Origin: Nitrospirota bacterium
GTDB taxonomy: Bacteria; Nitrospirota; UBA9217
Reading direction: 5' to 3'
NCBI GenBank assembly: GCA_963749655.1
Contig: CAVVOB010000030.1
Coordinates: forward strand, 96,001-160,000
DNA: 64,000 nt
The number at the start of each line of letters is the position of its first letter. Position 1 is the first letter of the stretch. Position numbers and translations under genes: made by a program. Of the stretch, positions 40,966 through 49,186 are shown one piece after another. The notes under the pieces are model-generated. The model had not been told where the DNA came from. It made no database searches and was given only the letters and a program-made list of their open reading frames with translations.

Positions 40966-41418
40966 GGGACGCCCTCTTTCTGCTTCTGTATCCGGTCGGT
41001 CGGTTCTAAAAGGACGTATGGCCGACCGTGCAGCCGGATCAATAATATTATAGCTCGGATTTTTGTCTCGATCGACAGCTCGCTGATGAGCCCGATCACG
41101 GGGATGACGCTGAAATAGCTGTCCTGCTACAGGTCCTTCAGGACCCGGCGGATGGCAGGGCCAGGCACGGACAAATCGATGACCATGACGTCGCGAGGAT
41201 CGGCATAGACGAAACCGATTTGCAGGAGTTTCATGACAAGCGCCCGGCCGGATAAGGGGGGACGCCTGGGCGCCTCAGCTTCGCCCTACTTCACTGCGAA
41301 TCTGCGACGCCCAGTCGTCGGGGGGGGTAATGGTGGCAGGGCTATCCCTGCGGCGAACAACCTGTTTCGGGAAAAAAGAGCGTTTTGGAAAGTATCGTCA
41401 ACTCTTGTCCTTATATAT

Positions 41419-41434
41419 AGCAAGTTGCCTGCCA
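41419..41434 (-). promoter_or_regulatory. Sigma54-type promoter
   Basis: Minus strand TGGCAGGCAACTTGCT (GG-N10-GC). Confidence 0.55.
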
Positions 41435-41631
41435 AAATAATATATGAACAATATCTGGTGCTTTCCCAGGAGAGTGGTCAAAGGGACTGCCGTATTCTGA
41501 ACACTTGACTGTCGGATTGACACCGTTTCCGACTGTCGTACGATGACCGGCATTGGACTTGGGGGGGAAGTGCTGGGCGTAGGAACGGGGCAGGGGCGGC
41601 AGGGCCCGATGTTTAAAAGTTTCTTCCGATG

Positions 41632-42561
41632 TTACAGAAGTTCGATGACCGATGCGGCAAAAAGGGGAAACATGATCTCATGATGTCCGGTAAGCGCAAA
41701 GCCCCGGCCGCCGCCCTGAGTCGGACGGCGTACCACGTTGGTGTTCGGCCGGTAATGCTGGACAAAGTCCATGTTTACGGTGGTGAAGTGCTGCAGGGGC
41801 GTGCCGAGGTTCCGCACAAGAGTTACGGCTTTGAGGAATATTTCGGGCAGGAGCACGGCAGAGCCGAGGTTGATGTAAACGCCGCCTTCGAGGCCGGACA
41901 CGAGAGAGCAGAAGGCGGAATAGTCGCGGTGCGCGGCGGCTCCCGTCGCCCTGCCGTCGAAGGAAGGGTGCATGTGTATGATATCAGTACCGAGCGCGAC
42001 GTGGACCGTCACGGGAACGCCCAGCCTGCGGCCGGCAGCAAGAAGGCTTTTGTCCTTGTAGGGAAATGCGCTTTCCTCGACCATTTTTCCGACAGCCGCG
42101 CCGATGCCCTCGTCAGGTCCGGCGGTATTGATCGCCTGGTTGATCATGGTGCCGGTTTCCTCGGCCATGCCGAAGGCGCCCGACAGGATCTCCCGGTCGA
42201 CGTCCTCGGAGGTCTGGCCGATGAAGGCGAGCTCGAAGTCGTGGATAATGCCCGCGCCGTTGAGGGAAAGGCTCGTTACGATCCCGCGCTCCATCAGATC
42301 GATGATCACGGGGCTCAAGCCGACCTTGATGGCATGAGCTCCCATGCCGAGCATGACCGGCCGCCCGTCCCTCCGCGCCTGGACCACGGCGGCAACGACG
42401 TCCTTGAAGTGCTTTGACGCGAGAATGCCGGGCAGGGATGCGAAGAAATCGGCGAAGCTTCCGCCCTTTTTGTGGGGCCGCGCGAAATCATTGATCCGCA
42501 CCTTGCTTTCGCGGCCCTTGATGGAGTAGGTTTTTATCCGGGTCAGGTCAAGTTTTTTCAT
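41632..42561 (-). CDS. Conserved hypothetical protein (deoxyhypusine synthase-like fold)
   Basis: MGAHAIKVGL, IIHDFE, NLGSAVLLPEIFLKA, GHHEIM; downstream of gmhA. Confidence 0.75.
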   Translation of the reverse strand: MKKLDLTRIKTYSIKGRESKVRINDFARPHKKGGSFADFFASLPGILASKHFKDVVAAVVQARRDGRPVMLGMGAHAIKVGLSPVIIDLMERGIVTSLSLNGAGIIHDFELAFIGQTSEDVDREILSGAFGMAEETGTMINQAINTAGPDEGIGAAVGKMVEESAFPYKDKSLLAAGRRLGVPVTVHVALGTDIIHMHPSFDGRATGAAAHRDYSAFCSLVSGLEGGVYINLGSAVLLPEIFLKAVTLVRNLGTPLQHFTTVNMDFVQHYRPNTNVVRRPTQGGGRGFALTGHHEIMFPLFAASVIELL

Positions 42562-42566
42562 TGCGG

Positions 42567-43145
42567 TCAGCGCACCCCGCCGAACAGTTCCTCGTCCACG
42601 AGCTGGCAGATGGTGTGGCCGAGCGTGATATGGGTTTCCTGGATGCGCGGCGTGGATTTGGTCGGGACCACGAAGGTGAAGTCAGCGAGGTTTGCCATCT
42701 TGCCGCCCGTTCCGCCTGTGAGCACGACCGTCCGCATGCCGTTCTTTTTCGCCACTTCGATCGCCTTCAGCACGTTCGGAGAGTTGCCGCTCGTACTGAA
42801 GCCGATCACTACATCGCCTTCATGGCCCAGCGCGGTCAACTGTTTCGAGAACACCTGGGAATAGTCGTAGTCGTTGCTGATGCTCGTGAGAACGGCGGTG
42901 TCGGTGTTCAGCGCGATGGCCGGCAGCGGCGGACGTTCCATGAGAAAGCGGTTCACGAACTCGGCCGCGATGTGCGACGCATCCATGGCGCTGCCCCCGT
43001 TGCCGAAAAGGATGACTTTCTTTCCTTCCCGGAACGCCTGGGCGATCAGCTGGACCACTTCAGCGATCTTGTCTGCATTTTCCTTCGCGAACCTTACTTT
43101 TACCTGGGCGCTGTCTTCGAATACTGAAATGATCGTCTGTTTCAT
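42567..43145 (-). CDS. gmhA: Phosphoheptose isomerase
   Basis: FGNGGSA.DASH.AAEF, SNDY, STSGNS, RIQETHI. Confidence 0.95.
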   Translation of the reverse strand: MKQTIISVFEDSAQVKVRFAKENADKIAEVVQLIAQAFREGKKVILFGNGGSAMDASHIAAEFVNRFLMERPPLPAIALNTDTAVLTSISNDYDYSQVFSKQLTALGHEGDVVIGFSTSGNSPNVLKAIEVAKKNGMRTVVLTGGTGGKMANLADFTFVVPTKSTPRIQETHITLGHTICQLVDEELFGGVR

Positions 43146-43241
43146 GGGTTGCTCCTGGGAACGCACGGCGGAATGAGGGCTTTATTATATGGCAAGGTGC
43201 ATAAATGTCAAGACGAAAAGAATTGCCTGCGGCAAGCGGGG

Positions 43242-43358
43242 AAAAGCAGGGCCCCGGCGCTGCCGTTCGGCACCGGGGCTTGTGGAGGGGAAAATCCGCT
43301 GCTGTCCGGAAGGCGACATCCGGGTGCGCCGGGCAGCGGCAGATCGACAGGTGTCGTT
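43242..43358 (-). ncRNA. Candidate small RNA between rsmA and gmhA
   Basis: TTGACA-17-TATATG promoter (43365-43393), structured body, GC-rich terminator-like hairpin; gmhA has a separate TTGACA/TATAAT promoter. Confidence 0.35.
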
Positions 43359-43404
43359 GGTTTACATATAACATGTTTTTATGGTTTTGTCAAGATTAAA
43401 TGTT

Positions 43405-44223
43405 CTAAGGGCGGGCGGCGTCTGCGGCTTCTTCTGGAAAGAGGGCAGCGGCGAGCCTGCCGAACTCTTCGAGCGACAGGGTTTCGGCCCGGCGTCCGAG
43501 GTCGATGCCCGCGGCCGCCTGAACGTTGTCCATTCTTTCCCGGGGAGCATCGAGCTGTTTGAGGGAGTTTCTGAGGGTTTTTCGGCGCTGGGAAAAAGCG
43601 GCCTTCACCACGCGGAACATAACTTCCTCGCTGCACTGCGGTAGCGGGGGGGTGTCGCGCATCATGAGCGTGACCACGGTCGAGTCCACTTCGGGCTGGG
43701 GAGTGAAGCAGCCCGGCGGCACGTTGAACTCTATCCGGGGAACGGCGTAGTACTGCACAAGCACGGAGAAATATCCGTAGTCCTTGCCTCCCGGCGGCGC
43801 GGCTATCCGCTCGGCCACTTCTTTCTGGAGCATGAGCGTCAGGCTGATGAAGGTCCGGCGGTTCTGGACGAGGCGCTGGATTATGGGCGTGGAAATATAA
43901 TAGGGCAGGTTTGCGACGACCTTCCACCGTCCTTGCAGCGAGGCGTAGTCGAACTCGAGGGCATCGGCATGGAGCAACTCGAAACCGTCCCGTGCGGCGA
44001 ATTCGCGCCTCAGGCCGTCAATGAGGCGGTCGTCCACCTCGATGGCGAGAACCCGTCGCGCCCGCTCCGCAAGCACGTGCGTAAGATGGCCGAGACCCGG
44101 TCCGATCTCGAGGACCTGGTCGTCGGAGCAGATCTGCGCCGCGTCGGCAATCCGTTTGAGATAGTGGGGGTCCCTGAGAAAGTTCTGTCCCAGCGATTTT
44201 TTTGCGCGGATATTGTCAAGCAC
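43405..44223 (-). CDS. rsmA: 16S rRNA m6,2A dimethyltransferase
   Basis: KKSLGQNFL, EIGPGLG, ANLPYYISTP, AFSQRRKTLRN. Confidence 0.95.
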   Translation of the reverse strand: MLDNIRAKKSLGQNFLRDPHYLKRIADAAQICSDDQVLEIGPGLGHLTHVLAERARRVLAIEVDDRLIDGLRREFAARDGFELLHADALEFDYASLQGRWKVVANLPYYISTPIIQRLVQNRRTFISLTLMLQKEVAERIAAPPGGKDYGYFSVLVQYYAVPRIEFNVPPGCFTPQPEVDSTVVTLMMRDTPPLPQCSEEVMFRVVKAAFSQRRKTLRNSLKQLDAPRERMDNVQAAAGIDLGRRAETLSLEEFGRLAAALFPEEAADAARP

Positions 44224-44292
44224 GGACGTATAGTAACACCAAAGCGGTTGTTTGAAAACCGATATTATGGGTTGCAGCGCTTCCGGGGAAGC

Positions 44293-44462
44293 CAATCCCG
44301 CGCCTTGGCATCCCCCGGCTCCTGCCGGGGGTGGAAGCGCTCGCGCGTGACACGAACGTGTCATGCATGCGTGAGTTCGCAGTTCCACCTGGCACTCCGT
44401 GCATACGCTCGTAGCGGCAGGCGGCGCGGTACTCCGGCTCCTGCCGGAGGGGGCTCCACTTT
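44293..44462. repeat. Structured palindromic element, long form
   Basis: Two CCGGCTCCTGCCGG hairpins (44315-44328, 44434-44447) around a long stem-loop; homologous to 45825-45873 and 62718-62839. Confidence 0.8.
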
Positions 44463-44613
44463 CCAGCCTCCAGGGTTTTTGCCCCGGTCTCGTTGCACCG
44501 ATATAGCGGTCGGTTTTTAACTTGACATTGTCTATATACTTAGTATACTTATACCCAGGAAACGTGCGCGGGGCCTTTGATTTAACGATTTGCACAGTCG
44601 GAAAGGAGACAGT

Positions 44614-44811
44614 ATGGGCAGGATCGGGGTACAGGAAACGGTCGAAGCGGCAAAGGATTTTAAAGAGGAAATACTCGAAATCATACCGGATATCCCCCGC
44701 GGGAAACTTTCCGAAATGGTGGACCGCTACGTCCATTATCAGCAGGCGGAAGTCGGGAAGGATGAAGCGCACCGGACAGGTGAGGAAACGTGCACAAAGA
44801 AATGGCGTTGA
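44614..44811 (+). CDS. Small hypothetical protein
   Basis: TTGACA-17-TATACT promoter at 44522-44550, AAGGAG RBS. Confidence 0.6.
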   Translation: MGRIGVQETVEAAKDFKEEILEIIPDIPRGKLSEMVDRYVHYQQAEVGKDEAHRTGEETCTKKWR

Positions 44812-45020
44812 AAGTAGCGCGATTCCCCGGTCCGGGGAAAATACGGCGTCCGCCTGGAAAGGCTCAGAGGCTGCTTCTCTGAGCCTTTCGATTGTTGCGT
44901 GGCAGCTGCGCAGCCGATCGTCCGAAAGCGAAGGTCATGAGACCCGGGAGACTGCGTAATCGTAAAAAGCAGGCAATGTTCCAGCCTGCTTTTCGTACCA
45001 ACGAAATGCTTCCAGCCCTG

Positions 45021-45677
45021 TCAGGGGAACACCGCCCCCTGTGCGGCGCCGTGGCTTGTCGCGGCATCGTAGGAATCTTGTGCTTTGAGCAACGCATCCA
45101 TTCTCGACTTGCTCAGGGAATGCACTGCCCGGTCCAGCTCTTCGCAGGAGCGGGTCGGGGGCAGTTCGGCGACAGCGCGAGTCAGGTCGTCGGCCGCCTG
45201 CACTGCCTGGTCACGGTGCCCCTTTTCATGAAGCATGAGCTTCTCCACGTAGTCGGTCCATTTTTTTTCAAGCGATCGTGAAGCATCGGCTGTCCGGACC
45301 CACTTAGGCACATGAAAGACGACATCAACGGTCACGCGAAAAGACCCGGTGGTACAAGTCCCGGGCCTGCGGTTGTAATCATAATTCCATTTCACTTTCC
45401 AATTGGTCACGGAATCGTACTTCTTCCCGTCCGTCCAGGCGATGCATTTTTTCTTCAAATCGCCCTGGACGTCCTTTTCGCAGCCGCCGCAGACCTCGTA
45501 GTACTCGTATTTTTCGTTCACCTGCGGTTGAAGCACGCTGTTTTTCAGATCGCCGGCAGCAGCGTCGGGGACGTCCGCGGAAAAGGACTTCCCGTCGACT
45601 GCTCCCGCGGCAGCGGTTACGACCGTGCATAAACAGAACGCAAATATTCCACTGACTATCAGCCGGTCTCTTATCAT
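45021..45677 (-). CDS. DUF922 secreted Zn-dependent protease-like protein
   Basis: Signal peptide, LMLHEKGH, YDAATSHG..QGA. Confidence 0.8.
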   Translation of the reverse strand: MIRDRLIVSGIFAFCLCTVVTAAAGAVDGKSFSADVPDAAAGDLKNSVLQPQVNEKYEYYEVCGGCEKDVQGDLKKKCIAWTDGKKYDSVTNWKVKWNYDYNRRPGTCTTGSFRVTVDVVFHVPKWVRTADASRSLEKKWTDYVEKLMLHEKGHRDQAVQAADDLTRAVAELPPTRSCEELDRAVHSLSKSRMDALLKAQDSYDAATSHGAAQGAVFP

Positions 45678-45824
45678 ACCTGGTTGCTCCGAACACTATT
45701 TGATATTACGACTGCGGGATGCCGTATTCAACAGGGAAAAGCGGTGATTGAGAAATTCGGGAGGCGACGATCAGACCGGGACCGCTTCGGGAATGCCGGT
45801 GAGGAAAAAAATCGGACTAGTGTG

Positions 45825-45873
45825 AAGTGGAGCCTCCTCCGGCAGGAGCCGGGGGATGCAAGGCGCGGGATTG
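45825..45873. repeat. Structured palindromic element, short form (inverted relative to 44293)
   Basis: Reverse complement CAATCCCGCGCCTTGCATCCCCCGGCTCCTGCCGGAGGAGGCTCCACTT. Confidence 0.78.
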
Positions 45874-45881
45874 CCGAGGGT

Positions 45882-46661
45882 CTACACCTGCATCCGCGGA
45901 TCGAGCTTGTCACGGAGGAAATCCCCGAGGATGTTGAAGCTGATCACGGTAATGCTGATGGCGAGGCCGGGGAAGATGACCATCCAGGGAGCGGAGTTGA
46001 TGTAGGCGCGGTTCAGGCTGATCATGGAGCCCCAGGTCGGCGTTGGCGGCTGCACGCCGAGTCCGAGGAAGGACAGAGCGGCCTCCAGGAGAATGAACCC
46101 GCCCACGCGCAGACTGCCCGCCACAAGGATGAGCGGAAGTGCGTTCGGCAGGATGTGGCGGTACAGGATGCGGCCGGTTGAAGCGCCGAGCGCCCGCGAT
46201 GCTTCCACATAAGTCTGCTCCTTCAGCGAAAGCGTGATGCCCCGGACGAGCCTGGCGAACCCCGCCCAGCCCACGAGGGTGATGGCGAGCATGGCCGAAA
46301 GAAGGCCCGGCGGCATCACGGCGCTGATGCCGATGGCGAGAAGCAGGCTGGGAAAGGCCAGAAAAACATCGAAGACCTGCGAGAGCAGCGTGTCGGTCCT
46401 GCCGCCAAAGTAACCGGCGATCAGGCCGAAGAAGATGCCGATGCCTAGGGACAGCCCCGAGGCCGCAATGCCGACGGTGAGGGAAATGCGGCTGCCGTAG
46501 ACCATGCGGGCGAGAATGTCCCTGCCCTTGCTGTCGGTGCCGAGAAGATGGTCCCCGCCCGGCGGCTGCTTCAGATTGTCCAGGTCCATTGCCAGCGGAT
46601 CATGGGAAACAATAAAGGGTCCGGCCATGGCCGTGGCGACGAGCAGGACCAGAACCATCAC
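45882..46661 (-). CDS. Peptide ABC transporter permease (OppC/DppC)
   Basis: HLLGTDSKGRD, YVEASRALGA, HILPN, LSFLGLG. Confidence 0.9.
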   Translation of the reverse strand: MMVLVLLVATAMAGPFIVSHDPLAMDLDNLKQPPGGDHLLGTDSKGRDILARMVYGSRISLTVGIAASGLSLGIGIFFGLIAGYFGGRTDTLLSQVFDVFLAFPSLLLAIGISAVMPPGLLSAMLAITLVGWAGFARLVRGITLSLKEQTYVEASRALGASTGRILYRHILPNALPLILVAGSLRVGGFILLEAALSFLGLGVQPPTPTWGSMISLNRAYINSAPWMVIFPGLAISITVISFNILGDFLRDKLDPRMQV

Positions 46662-46816
46662 TGCAATGGCCGCAGGGACATTGCCGGTCAGAATCTTTTA
46701 AGGAGAGGTCATCGAGCATGGTATTGTGTGCTCATCATCAGGCAGCTTCCAGGAGAAAGCTGACCGCTGAACGCCTTGGCTGAATGCTGACAGTTGATCG
46801 CTGAGAGCATTTTCTT

Positions 46817-47749
46817 TCACTCCTGCTTCACCCTTACCCGGGGATCGAGAAAATGGTAGGAAATATCCACGAGAAGGTTCATGGCAACGAATACCGTCGC
46901 TCCGAAGAGCACTACTCCCATGATCACGGGGTAGTCCCTCTTGATGATGCCGTCCAGGGCATAGCGGCCCAGGCCGTCCCATCCGAAGATGGTCTCGGTC
47001 AAAACAGCGCCGTTCAAATAAGAGCCGAGGTCCAGGCCGATGAGCGTGACAACGGGAATGAGCGAATTTTTGAGCGCGTGCTTGAGAACCACGTCTTTTT
47101 CCGGCAGTCCCTTTGCGCGGGCGGCTGCAACATAGGGCTGGGACAGCGTTTCAAGCATGGATGAGCGCGTCACCCGGACAATGTAGGACAGGGAGAACGT
47201 GCCGAGCGTCGCCGCGGGAAGGATAAGGTAAATAAGGCTGCCGTTGCCCATGCCCGAGGGCGGCAGCCACTGCAGGTAGAGTGCGAATATGAGCATAAGC
47301 GCGAGGCCGAGCCAGAACACGGGAATGGAAATTCCGCCCACGGAAAAAAGGGTCACGGCGCGGTCCCAGAAGGTGCCGTACTTGACCGCCGACAGGACCC
47401 CCAGGCTGATGCCGAAAATCGATGCGAAGAGCATCGCCGCAAGAGCGAGCTTCATAGTGTTCGGAAATTTCTGGAGCAGGTCTTCGCTGATCTTTCTGTT
47501 CGTGTAGATCGACCGTCCCAGCTCGCCGGTGGTGATGTCCCGGAGGTAGTTCAGGTATTGAAGAGCGGCTGGCTTGTCCTGGCCGAGCACGGCGCGAATG
47601 CGCGCGATGGTCTCGGCGGACGCCCGTTCGCCGGCCATGCTCGTGACGGGGTCGCCGGGCAGCGATTTCATCAGAATGAACGTTATCAGTGATATGCCGA
47701 GCAGGGTGGGGATGAAGAGAAGAATTCTTTTGATGATGTACCGGGTCAT
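46817..47749 (-). CDS. Peptide ABC transporter permease (OppB/DppB)
   Basis: LPGDPV, SIPVFWLG, ARAKGL, HALKN, RDYPVI. Confidence 0.92.
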   Translation of the reverse strand: MTRYIIKRILLFIPTLLGISLITFILMKSLPGDPVTSMAGERASAETIARIRAVLGQDKPAALQYLNYLRDITTGELGRSIYTNRKISEDLLQKFPNTMKLALAAMLFASIFGISLGVLSAVKYGTFWDRAVTLFSVGGISIPVFWLGLALMLIFALYLQWLPPSGMGNGSLIYLILPAATLGTFSLSYIVRVTRSSMLETLSQPYVAAARAKGLPEKDVVLKHALKNSLIPVVTLIGLDLGSYLNGAVLTETIFGWDGLGRYALDGIIKRDYPVIMGVVLFGATVFVAMNLLVDISYHFLDPRVRVKQE

Positions 47750-47829
47750 GTGAGTGCAATCTTACACAATTCGTTCCGAATCCGCAACGGGAAAAGGAAA
47801 ACAGGCAGCGCCGACTTCTCCTTCGGTCG

Positions 47830-48147
47830 TTACTTTACCTTCACCTTCTTGTTCAGGGTCCCTATCTTTTCGATGATTTTCCCCGTTTCCGGAAGGTCCG
47901 ATTTCGCATTTCCCGGCGCGTCGATGCCTTCGAAAAAGGTCGCTCCCCAGAGGTTGTAGTACTCGAGAATGTCCAGGCAGTCATTGCCCACAGCGGACCC
48001 GTACCGGATATGATAAATATCGCCGTTCTGGAAATAGATCCGCACCAGGTCCTCGCTCGTTTCCACAATGCTCACATAGAGCGCGCCGGACTTTTTTCCG
48101 TCATGCAGCTCCTGCAGTACCTCAGCAAACAATCGTTCCTGGGCCAT
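47830..48147 (-). CDS. Hypothetical protein (DUF4388-like)
   Basis: KKSGALYV...RIYFQNGDIYH; AGGAG RBS. Confidence 0.65.
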   Translation of the reverse strand: MAQERLFAEVLQELHDGKKSGALYVSIVETSEDLVRIYFQNGDIYHIRYGSAVGNDCLDILEYYNLWGATFFEGIDAPGNAKSDLPETGKIIEKIGTLNKKVKVK

Positions 48148-48164
48148 GGCGATCTCCTGCTGCG

Positions 48165-49085
48165 TTATGGTTGTTTTGTGGACACCGGTCTGTCGCTCCG
48201 GGGACGGATGAATTTTTCGAGACCGTCCCGGAACGTTATCGGCTCAATGCCGAAGGCGTCGCGGATATCGCGAAGGCTGCAGATGTTGTCTTCCTGAAGC
48301 ATGATCAGCTGGTCCGTGGTGACCGGGGGCGCGGGAAGAACGGTTTCGAACATGCGGGCCATGGTCTTCACGAGCAGCAGGGGCAGGTGGACCGGGGGCC
48401 GTTTCACCCCCATGGCTTCGGCAATGGCATGGAAGACCTCTTCATAGGTGAGCTGTTCCGGGCCGCCGATCTCGTAAATCTCGTTCAAACAGCAGTCGCC
48501 CGCCACGGCCGTCGCAATGCATTCGGTGACGTCATCGATATAAATGGGTTGGATCTTTGATGTTCCGCTGCCGATGACGGGCAGAACGGGCGAGAGCTTC
48601 AGCATGTCCGAAAGTCTGATCGTGAACTGATCGCCGGGTCCGTAGATGAGCGAGGGCCGCAGGATGGTGAAGGGGATGGTGCTTGCCCGGACGAGTTCCT
48701 CGGCTTCCCACTTGGTCTTGTGGTACGCGCTCTTCGCCCCCGGTCTGGTGCCGAGGGCGCTCTGGTACAGGAACTGGCGGACGCCCGCTTTCCTGGAAGC
48801 CCCGAGAAGATTGCGCGTGCCGTCCACGTGGACACCCCGGAACGTCGCGCCGGTCGTTTCCTGAATGATGCCCACCAGATGGACCACGCGCTCGCATCCG
48901 GCAGCGGCCTGCTCGAGCGAAGCAGCATCAGCCATGTCTCCCTGAACGACGTCCACACCCAGGTCTTTGAGCGGCTGGGCCTTGAACGGGTTTCTGACAA
49001 CGACCCGCACGGCAATATCGTCTTTGCGCAGACGACGGATCAGATGGGTGCCGACAAATCCCGTCCCGCCGGTTACGAGTATCAT
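48165..49085 (-). CDS. NDUFA9-like NAD-dependent epimerase/dehydratase
   Basis: VTGGTGFVG, YHKTK, RPSLIYGPGD. Confidence 0.88.
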   Translation of the reverse strand: MILVTGGTGFVGTHLIRRLRKDDIAVRVVVRNPFKAQPLKDLGVDVVQGDMADAASLEQAAAGCERVVHLVGIIQETTGATFRGVHVDGTRNLLGASRKAGVRQFLYQSALGTRPGAKSAYHKTKWEAEELVRASTIPFTILRPSLIYGPGDQFTIRLSDMLKLSPVLPVIGSGTSKIQPIYIDDVTECIATAVAGDCCLNEIYEIGGPEQLTYEEVFHAIAEAMGVKRPPVHLPLLLVKTMARMFETVLPAPPVTTDQLIMLQEDNICSLRDIRDAFGIEPITFRDGLEKFIRPRSDRPVSTKQP

Positions 49086-49186
49086 GTGTACCTCCTGATA
49101 CCGATCGAAGCATCATCAAAGTGCAGACGCAACAAATTCACGTTACCGCAGAGATCACAAGAGCGAGGAGCTTTTAAAAAGTCATA

